From assembly GCA_039794085.1 (NCBI GenBank), contig JBDIWC010000002.1:78984-142983 (forward strand): a stretch of 64,000 bases of DNA, given 5' to 3'. Source of the DNA: Gemmatimonadales bacterium (lineage in GTDB: Bacteria; Gemmatimonadota; Gemmatimonadetes; Gemmatimonadales; GWC2-71-9). The translations under genes and the position numbers were made by a program. This document shows positions 57,383 to 64,000 of this stretch, in pieces; the first letter of the stretch is position 1, and every line of letters starts with the position of its first letter. The notes under the pieces were generated by a model. That model was given only the letters and a program-made list of their open reading frames with translations. It did not search any database and was not told the DNA's origin.

Positions 57383-58083
57383 GGCGCGCCCTCCCCGGGG
57401 GTGAGGGGCGTTCCATTCTCGGCCGCCCATCGTGCCCGGATGCGCTCCCACACGTTCTGCAGGCCCGCGGCTGTTTCGGAAGCGCCCTCCAGGAGCCCGA
57501 GGGTCACTGCCTCTCCCACCGCCTCCGGCGTGGCCCCTGCATGCAAGGCCCCGCGGGCGTGCGAGTGGAACTGCCGGGGCACGGCCAGCACCGCGCACTG
57601 GGCCACGGTGCAGAGTTCCCGCCGCGCCAGGTCCAACCCGGGGCGGCAGATCGTCCGGCCATACCCTTCCGTCACCATCCAGGCATCCATCACCGGATGC
57701 AGCGCACGGACGTTGGCGCGGAGCTGGCTGTAGGCTCGGCCGTAGATCACCCGGCAGGTGGCCTCGCCCCGAGCAGTCCAGTCGGCCAGGTCCCAGGAAT
57801 CGTCGTCGGGCGTCGTCGCCGGAGTCGCTCCGCTTCGCTCACGCCAGATCGCAACTCCGACGAGCGCCCTGGGGTACCCCACCATCAGTATCGACTGCAA
57901 CAACAACTCATCGGCCCAGAGGGCCACCCCGTCACACTCGGCCAGGCGGTCAGCCGCGGCCGCGATCCGGTTTTCGTCGCCGCGGGCGATGGTGGCTGCC
58001 AGCGTCACAAGCGCCTGAGTAGCGGCATCGAGCGGGGCGACGACAGGCACGATAGCACCGGGAGGGGGGGACGAAGGTACCAT
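57379..58083 (-). CDS. Carboxymuconolactone decarboxylase/AhpD-like protein
   Basis: GYPRAL, EGYG, RPGLDLARRELCTVA, HARGALHAGAT. Confidence 0.75.
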   Translation of the reverse strand: MVPSSPPPGAIVPVVAPLDAATQALVTLAATIARGDENRIAAAADRLAECDGVALWADELLLQSILMVGYPRALVGVAIWRERSGATPATTPDDDSWDLADWTARGEATCRVIYGRAYSQLRANVRALHPVMDAWMVTEGYGRTICRPGLDLARRELCTVAQCAVLAVPRQFHSHARGALHAGATPEAVGEAVTLGLLEGASETAAGLQNVWERIRARWAAENGTPLTPGEGAP

Positions 58084-58092
58084 TTGAACGCC

Positions 58093-59085
58093 TCAGGGGG
58101 CACAAAAACGCAGGGCACCGGCAGGCCGGATCGTCCCAACCACCCCACCGCGGGTATTGGTCACTGGGAGCTCGGCGTACGACCTCAACGTGTCCGAGGG
58201 ATACTCGTCGCCCAACAGGGCCTGGAGCACTCCGGCCAGGGCCAGGGGGCAGGTGCGCATGTCGCCATCTTCGATCTTCAGGGCCACACCCAGCCCCTCG
58301 TCCAGGAGAGAGGCGCAGTAGACGCCCTCGGCCCCCACCTTGACCAGAATCCGGCCCGGGAGGGCACGCATCACGTCGGTGTCGTACCGATCCCAGCCGG
58401 CCACCAGATCGGGGTGAGTCAGCATCGCCCGTCGGAGGGTGGTCGGAGGGTCGGCCTGTGCCGTGCCGAATCGGGCCCAGGCCCGCGCCATGGCCCTCAA
58501 CGGGAGGTGGTAGGAGACCGTGGTGCATCCGTCGATCCCCCGACCGATCGCGTCAGGGGCCAGGCCGGTCCACTCGCTCACCGATCGCAGGAGACGTTGC
58601 TGGACCGGATGGCCAGGGTTGGTATACCCCACTGAGGACCACCCATGGTGACGGGCCAACGCCAGCATGCTTGTGTGCTTCCCCGAACAGTTGCTCCAGC
58701 GGGGAGTGAGGGTGATCCCCTCCTCCCGGACCTGCCGAGCCACCGACGCTCCGAGGGGCGGATGAGGACCGCAGGCGAGGTCCTCCTCCAGGCACCCGAT
58801 CTTGGCCAGGAAATGGTCGGTCACGTGAAGATGTTTCGCCTCGCTCGAGTGCGATGCGCAGGCCAGGGCGAGTTCCTCATCGCCCAGGAGAAAGGCGGCG
58901 GCCGCACCATCCTCCACCAGGGGCATCGCCTGGAAGGGCTTGGCCGCGGACCGCCAGAAGGTCGCGAGTCCCGGATCCCCGGCCTCGGCCACCAACCGTC
59001 CGGCCGAGTCCGTGACCGCCACCGACACCCGGTGGACCGACTCGACCAGATCGCCCCGTCGCACCTCAATTCGAAAGTCCGTCAT
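58093..59085 (-). CDS. Asparaginase II (Rhizobium-type, class 3)
   Basis: VESVH, RSAAKPFQ, CASHS, NCSGKH, DGC, KVGAEG. Confidence 0.88.
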   Translation of the reverse strand: MTDFRIEVRRGDLVESVHRVSVAVTDSAGRLVAEAGDPGLATFWRSAAKPFQAMPLVEDGAAAAFLLGDEELALACASHSSEAKHLHVTDHFLAKIGCLEEDLACGPHPPLGASVARQVREEGITLTPRWSNCSGKHTSMLALARHHGWSSVGYTNPGHPVQQRLLRSVSEWTGLAPDAIGRGIDGCTTVSYHLPLRAMARAWARFGTAQADPPTTLRRAMLTHPDLVAGWDRYDTDVMRALPGRILVKVGAEGVYCASLLDEGLGVALKIEDGDMRTCPLALAGVLQALLGDEYPSDTLRSYAELPVTNTRGGVVGTIRPAGALRFCAP

Positions 59086-59193
59086 GCGGAGAAGATAGCG
59101 ACGCCCCTCCGGCAACGGAGGGTGACGCTATCTTTGACCACTCTTCCATCCTCCAGGGAGTCCCCATTGCGCCCGACCCCTTCCCCGGCCCCC

Positions 59194-60207
59194 ATGGCGC
59201 GGGACAGGCTTCTCGCCCTCCTGGATCGAATGCGCACCGTGCGGATCACCGTCCTCGGCGACCTCATGCTCGACCGCTACCTGGTGGGAGACACGGATCG
59301 TCTCTCCCCCGAGGCGCCGGTCCCCGTTGTCAAGGTCCGGGAAGTCCAGGCCCGACTCGGAGGAGCGGGGAATGTCGCGGCGAACGTCACCGCCATCGGG
59401 GCCGTCTGCCATCTCGTGGCCCTGACCGGGGACGACGACCACGCCGGCCTGATCCGGACCGAACTCGCCGCCGCCGGCATTCCCGACCAGTACCTCGTGC
59501 CCTCGCCGACGCGCCCCACGACGACGAAGACCCGGGTGGTGGCACGGGGCCAGCAGGTGGTCCGCATCGATGAGGAGACCGACCGGCTCGCCGACGACAC
59601 CGAACGCCCGCGCCTCGTCGCGGCCACCCATGCCGCCCTGGCCGATGCCGACGCCCTTCTTCTGCAGGACTACAACAAGGGCATGCTCACCCCGGGGCTC
59701 ATTACGCTGGCGCTGGAGGCGGCACGCCATCGGGGCATCCCCGTCATCGCCGACCCCAAGTTCCGCAACTTCTTCTCCTATCCCGGCGTGACCGTCTTCA
59801 AGCCGAACCGGAGGGAACTCGATGCCGCGCTCGGTGCCACTCTCGACGTCGCGGACCCGTCCACCCTGCCCGCCGTTCTCGCGCACCTCTCCGCGGAGAA
59901 TCTCCTGGTGACGATCGGCGCCGAAGGAATGCTGCTGGTGACACGGGATGGACAGGTGACCCGCATCCCCAGCCTGGCCCGCGAAGTCTTCGACGTCAGC
60001 GGCGCCGGGGACACCGTCACCGCCTGGGTCGGCACGGCCCTCGCGGCCGGAGCCACGGTACGCGAGGCCGCGGTCCTGGCCACGTACGCCGCCGGGGTCG
60101 AGGTCGGCAAATCGGGGGTGGCCACGGTGTCCCCGGCGGAGGTGCTCGCGATGCATGAGGAACGGCACGACCTGACGGGGCGGCTCCGCCGAGGGGGCGC
60201 GATCTGA
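59194..60207 (+). CDS. D-glycero-beta-D-manno-heptose-7-phosphate kinase (HldE/RfaE kinase domain)
   Basis: GDLMLDRY, SPEAPVPV, GGAGNVA, DYNKG, VFDVSGAGDT. Confidence 0.92.
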   Translation: MARDRLLALLDRMRTVRITVLGDLMLDRYLVGDTDRLSPEAPVPVVKVREVQARLGGAGNVAANVTAIGAVCHLVALTGDDDHAGLIRTELAAAGIPDQYLVPSPTRPTTTKTRVVARGQQVVRIDEETDRLADDTERPRLVAATHAALADADALLLQDYNKGMLTPGLITLALEAARHRGIPVIADPKFRNFFSYPGVTVFKPNRRELDAALGATLDVADPSTLPAVLAHLSAENLLVTIGAEGMLLVTRDGQVTRIPSLAREVFDVSGAGDTVTAWVGTALAAGATVREAAVLATYAAGVEVGKSGVATVSPAEVLAMHEERHDLTGRLRRGGAI

Positions 60208-60423
60208 AAACTGAGGATGTGCGTTCCACCCCCGGTCTGTTCGTCTCCCCAACTATGGGGTTCCCCCAGGGCGACCAGGCTCACCAGACGGTGGCCCCTT
60301 CCCTGGGTGGATCCAGCACCGGGGATGAGAACGTGTCTCTGGTGAGAACCAACCCCGAGGGCCCCACGCCCCGGCGGAGACAGCCCTGCGGGTGCCCCCG
60401 CAGGACGACATGAGGAGGACCCC

Positions 60424-61410
60424 ATGTGGTGGAAAGCGATTTCAGCGACAGCACTCCTGGCCGCAGTGACCGGCGGAGCCACGGTGGTGCAGGGCCAGGA
60501 CCGGGGGCGGGTACAGGGAACCGTCGTGGATGAATCGGGGCGTCCCGTGGCCAACGCGCAAATCATCCTCCTCGAGGCACGCGACAATCCATCGGGCAAC
60601 CACCAGGCCGGTACCCGCGACGATGGCCGCTTCACCCTCACCAATGTCCCCACCGGGTCCTGGTGGGCCCTGGTGCGGCGGGTGGGTAACGTCCCCCAGA
60701 GAATCACCTTCGAGCTGACCAGGAATGAGACGGAGACATTGGCCATCACGCTCCCGAGCGCCGCCTTCATGCTGCCGGAACTCGCGGTGGTGGAGCAGGG
60801 AGTGACCAACCGGTTGCTCGCCTTCTCGTCCGAGGTCCGAAACGGATATTCCCGCTGGTTCTACTCCCGGGAGACCATCGAAAAGATGAACCCGAAAGAC
60901 ATGCGGGATCTCACCCGAAGGGCCCTTCCCTTCCTCGGTCCCAACTCGTACAACCATGGCGGCATCGGATTCGCCAACGACATGCCGGGCTCGCCGTACA
61001 CGGTGTATGCGGACTATGTGGGGAGGAGCATCGTCCCCGGGGAATCCCCCTTCAGGATCCTGCCCACCTTTGCCAGCCTCGTCGGTGGTCGCGACCCCTT
61101 CGCCGAGTCACGAGCGGGGTTCAGCCGGGCGGGATTCCAACGCGCCGGAGGTCCCCGTACCCTCGGATTCGACCCTCTGGGCGCTTCCCGCCGGTGTGTT
61201 CCCCAGTTCTACCTCAACGGCCAACTTATGGCCATCCCGATCAACAACATCGACCCGCACGCGCTGGAGGCGGTCGAAGTGTTCAGACCGGGACGGGTTC
61301 CCCTGCTGATCGATCCCACCGAGGGACAGGGGGGCTGTGGCGTGATCCTGGCCTGGCTCCGGTCCGACTGGCTCGGGGACATCGGAACCGGGGCGGGGAC
61401 GGGAGCCTGA
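60424..61410 (+). CDS. Exported protein: carboxypeptidase-regulatory-like Ig domain plus plug-like C-terminal domain
   Basis: GAGGAGG RBS; signal peptide; VQGTVVDESGRPVANA...DGRFTL; LEAVEVF...CGVILAW. Confidence 0.75.
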   Translation: MWWKAISATALLAAVTGGATVVQGQDRGRVQGTVVDESGRPVANAQIILLEARDNPSGNHQAGTRDDGRFTLTNVPTGSWWALVRRVGNVPQRITFELTRNETETLAITLPSAAFMLPELAVVEQGVTNRLLAFSSEVRNGYSRWFYSRETIEKMNPKDMRDLTRRALPFLGPNSYNHGGIGFANDMPGSPYTVYADYVGRSIVPGESPFRILPTFASLVGGRDPFAESRAGFSRAGFQRAGGPRTLGFDPLGASRRCVPQFYLNGQLMAIPINNIDPHALEAVEVFRPGRVPLLIDPTEGQGGCGVILAWLRSDWLGDIGTGAGTGA

Positions 61411-61458
61411 TCGAACCCGGGCGCACCAGGGTCGGATTCAGGCACCGACCCACCGGCA

Positions 61459-61504
61459 AAGCGAAACGGGGCACGGCACCATGTCGTGCCCCGTCGCTTA
61501 TCTT
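61459..61504 (+). terminator. Hairpin terminator
   Basis: ACGGGGCACGGCA-CCA-TGTCGTGCCCCGT followed by CGCTTATCTT. Confidence 0.55.
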
Positions 61505-61559
61505 GGTGGCGGGGTTGCGCTGAGGCCTGCTCCATTCCCCGGCCTCCATTCCCGACATC

Positions 61560-62837
61560 GTGAGGATCATGACTCGTTCCCGCCCGACCGAAGCCCGCAC
61601 CGAGGACGACATCATCGCCGCGGTACTCTCCGCCCGGGACCGCGGAACCCGGCTCCGGCCCGTAGGATCCGAGGGATCGAAGAGCGGGATCAACACCAAT
61701 CCGGGGACCTCCCTGCACCTGGAGCCCCATTGCCAGGTGCGGTCGCTGGAGGGTTCCCGGGTCACGGTCGAGTCGGGGATCCACATCGGGAGACTCCAGT
61801 CCTATCTCCGGGAGCACTCTCTGATCATCCCGACCATGGGGGAATGGCAGTTCGCGACCCTCGGAGGCACCCTGGGAACGGCGACTCATGGCGGCTCGGC
61901 CCACCATGGCAATCTCGCCACCTCGATCCGCAACATCAGGATGGTGACCGGAACCGGGGACGTTGTGTCCCTCACTCCGGAGTCCCCCGACTTCGCCCAT
62001 GCGGGGGTATCCCTGGGGGCGATGGGAATCATCAGCACGGTCACCCTGGAGTGTGTCCCCCGGTTTTCCCTGCAGCTCGACACCGACGTCATCCCCTTCC
62101 GGACCTATCGCCAGGATCCGGTGGCGCAGGAGTCCCGGAGCGAGTTTCACGCCTCGGTCTGGGCGCCCGAGGCGGGGCGCGTGATCCGCTACGCCGCCGA
62201 CCGCGCCCCCGATCCGGCCCGGTCCGGCACACGGGAGCAGCGGTTCGGACTGCGCAATGCGATGGCCACCCTGCTGTCCCGCCGACTCCACCTGCACGTC
62301 GGTGTATCCAACGCGGTGTTCCGGCGTCGTGTTGTGGGAGACGGGAGCGAGATTCTCTCTCCGCTAGCTGTCTCGCCCCGTACGGCCTGGACCCGCGTTC
62401 TCGTCAACGAGGCCCGGGGACGGCTCGCCGCCGAACTCGCCGTGCCCGCCTCCCGTGCCGGTGACGCCCTGGATCGCCTCGAAGCCCTCGTCCGACAATT
62501 CCCCCGGGCCTTGAACAATCCTCTCGGCCTCCGCATGACAGCCGGTGACACCTTTTCCCTGAGCCCGGCCACCGGGGCGCAGCCCACGTTCTGGATCGAC
62601 ATCTTCTACGACGACCGACCGGCGTTCACCGCAGCACTCACCGAGTTGGCCGTCGCGGTCGGAGCCCGGTGCCATTGGGGCAAGACCCTGGCCCTTCCCC
62701 CGGAGATCCTGTGGGAACGCTACCCGGCCTGGGACGCTTTCCGGGAGGCCCGGGCCCGATTCGACCCAGCGGAGATCTTTGCCAACGCCTTCACCGACCG
62801 ACTCGGATTGACCGGCCCCGCATCGAGAGCATCATGA
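61560..62837 (+). CDS. FAD-linked oxidase, aldonolactone oxidoreductase (ALO/GULO-like) family
   Basis: TLGGTLGTATHG, SLGAMGII..VTL, C-terminal HWGK and FDPAEIFAN. Confidence 0.85.
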   Translation: MRIMTRSRPTEARTEDDIIAAVLSARDRGTRLRPVGSEGSKSGINTNPGTSLHLEPHCQVRSLEGSRVTVESGIHIGRLQSYLREHSLIIPTMGEWQFATLGGTLGTATHGGSAHHGNLATSIRNIRMVTGTGDVVSLTPESPDFAHAGVSLGAMGIISTVTLECVPRFSLQLDTDVIPFRTYRQDPVAQESRSEFHASVWAPEAGRVIRYAADRAPDPARSGTREQRFGLRNAMATLLSRRLHLHVGVSNAVFRRRVVGDGSEILSPLAVSPRTAWTRVLVNEARGRLAAELAVPASRAGDALDRLEALVRQFPRALNNPLGLRMTAGDTFSLSPATGAQPTFWIDIFYDDRPAFTAALTELAVAVGARCHWGKTLALPPEILWERYPAWDAFREARARFDPAEIFANAFTDRLGLTGPASRAS

Positions 62838-63823
62838 CAGGCCACCCCACGGACCGCATGCCGCTCGCGGCGATCACCGGGGCCAGCAGCTTCCTCTGCC
62901 GAGCCCTGGAGCCCCAGCTTGGTCGTCGGAACCGGGTGCGCGGACTCTTCCGGTCCCCCGGAGCGATGAGCGATGCCTGGCAGGCCCGGGGGCACGAGGT
63001 GATATTCGGAGGCCTCGATGATGAGGCGGCGCTGGCCGGACTGGTCTCGGGCGTGGACGTGGTCTACCACTGTGCCGCCCGCATGGGGAAGGACAACCCG
63101 GCCCTGAGCCACCATGTCAACGTCGACGGCACGGCCCGCCTCTCTCGGCTCGCCCGGATGGCGGGGGTACGTCGGCTGGTCTACGTGAGTTCCATCTCGG
63201 TTTATGCGGCGACCCCTACCACTGACGGCGTCATCACGGAGGACACCGCGCCGGCGAATGTCGACACCCTCAATCCCTACAGCAAGACCAAGTACGGCGG
63301 GGAGCTCGCTGTTCGCGCCCTCGCCGAACGGGGAGACGGCCCTCCCTTCACCATCATCCGGCCCACCAGTGTCTACGGGCCCTGGTCCCGTTCCTGGTTT
63401 CTCGATTGGGTGGACCGACTGCAGAAGATTCCAGTGGTCATCGGAGGGAATGTCCCCGTCGACGTGGTCCATGTGGAGGACGTGGCCCGCGCCCTCATCC
63501 AGGCGGCCGACACGCCGACGGCAGCCAACGAAGTGCTGCATATCGGCCATCACACGGTCACTCTGCAGGAGTTCGGATCCCTGGTCGGAAAGGCCATTGG
63601 ACAACGAGTGTGGCGGCTCCCCGATGCCCTCGACTGGGCCGCGCGGCACGCCGTGGAGCGACTCTACCGTGTGGTCAAGGGGAGCAGGATGTCGATGTCC
63701 CTGACCACGCCGGTGCGGTACCCCCACACCAAGGCGGAACGGCTGATCGGCTACGCGCCGAGGATGACACTGGAGGAGGGGTTTGCGGAACTGGGCGCCT
63801 GGTACCGAGGGAGTAGGGAGTAG
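62834..63823 (+). CDS. NAD-dependent epimerase/dehydratase (extended SDR)
   Basis: ITGASSFL (degenerate TGxxGxxG), VYHCAA, YVSSISVY, YSKTK, HVEDVA; ATGA overlap with the oxidase. Confidence 0.85.
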   Translation: MTGHPTDRMPLAAITGASSFLCRALEPQLGRRNRVRGLFRSPGAMSDAWQARGHEVIFGGLDDEAALAGLVSGVDVVYHCAARMGKDNPALSHHVNVDGTARLSRLARMAGVRRLVYVSSISVYAATPTTDGVITEDTAPANVDTLNPYSKTKYGGELAVRALAERGDGPPFTIIRPTSVYGPWSRSWFLDWVDRLQKIPVVIGGNVPVDVVHVEDVARALIQAADTPTAANEVLHIGHHTVTLQEFGSLVGKAIGQRVWRLPDALDWAARHAVERLYRVVKGSRMSMSLTTPVRYPHTKAERLIGYAPRMTLEEGFAELGAWYRGSRE

Positions 63824-64000
63824 TCCCTTACGGACAAGATTGAACACAAGACGGCAACAATATTTGGGGCGCCCCCCCCGGACACCCGCTCCGGCCGTGC
63901 GTGTGACGGCGTCTGTGACGGCATCCCACTTGGGGCTCTTCAGGGTTTCGCGTGGGTGAGAGACACGTCGATCGGGCGTTGTCCGCACGGTGCGAGGGGA

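Noticed and set aside
63902..63922. Direct repeat TGTGACGGC x2 near the window end
   Set aside because: Only two short copies, and the downstream context is outside the window.

Overview
High-GC bacterial chromosome segment. Gemmatimonadota is inferred from gene order and protein style, not from a database search. About 50 kb is a tightly packed, mostly minus-strand housekeeping backbone: rplM-rpsI-rpsB-tsf-pyrH, acyl-CoA carboxylase, aroA-cmk-rpsA, infC-rpmI-rplT-pheST-zapA-rny-folD-xseAB-ispA-dxs-nadK-recN, mutS2-dnaG-recJ-rsmD-coaD-pta-RsbV/W/U-like-rsmA-rex and obg-dprA-hemW-hrcA-dnaJ-prmA-rsmE-HIT. The most unusual block is 12.3-18.5 kb, next to tRNA-Leu(UAA). It holds a PilB/GspE ATPase fused to a C-terminal receiver domain, a stand-alone receiver, two paralogous single-TM proteins of unknown function and two type IV pilins. 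These form a repeated [receiver]-[membrane paralog]-[pilin] unit, interrupted by an inverted heptamer array with a REP-like palindrome inside. Other signals: a perfect Rex operator, an infC gene that appears to start at CUG behind a terminator/antiterminator leader, an S2 (t44-like) leader, a one-base frameshift in hrcA, and a promoter-preceded, structured ~430-nt intergenic region before mutS2. No CRISPR array, rRNA, integrase or transposase was seen.
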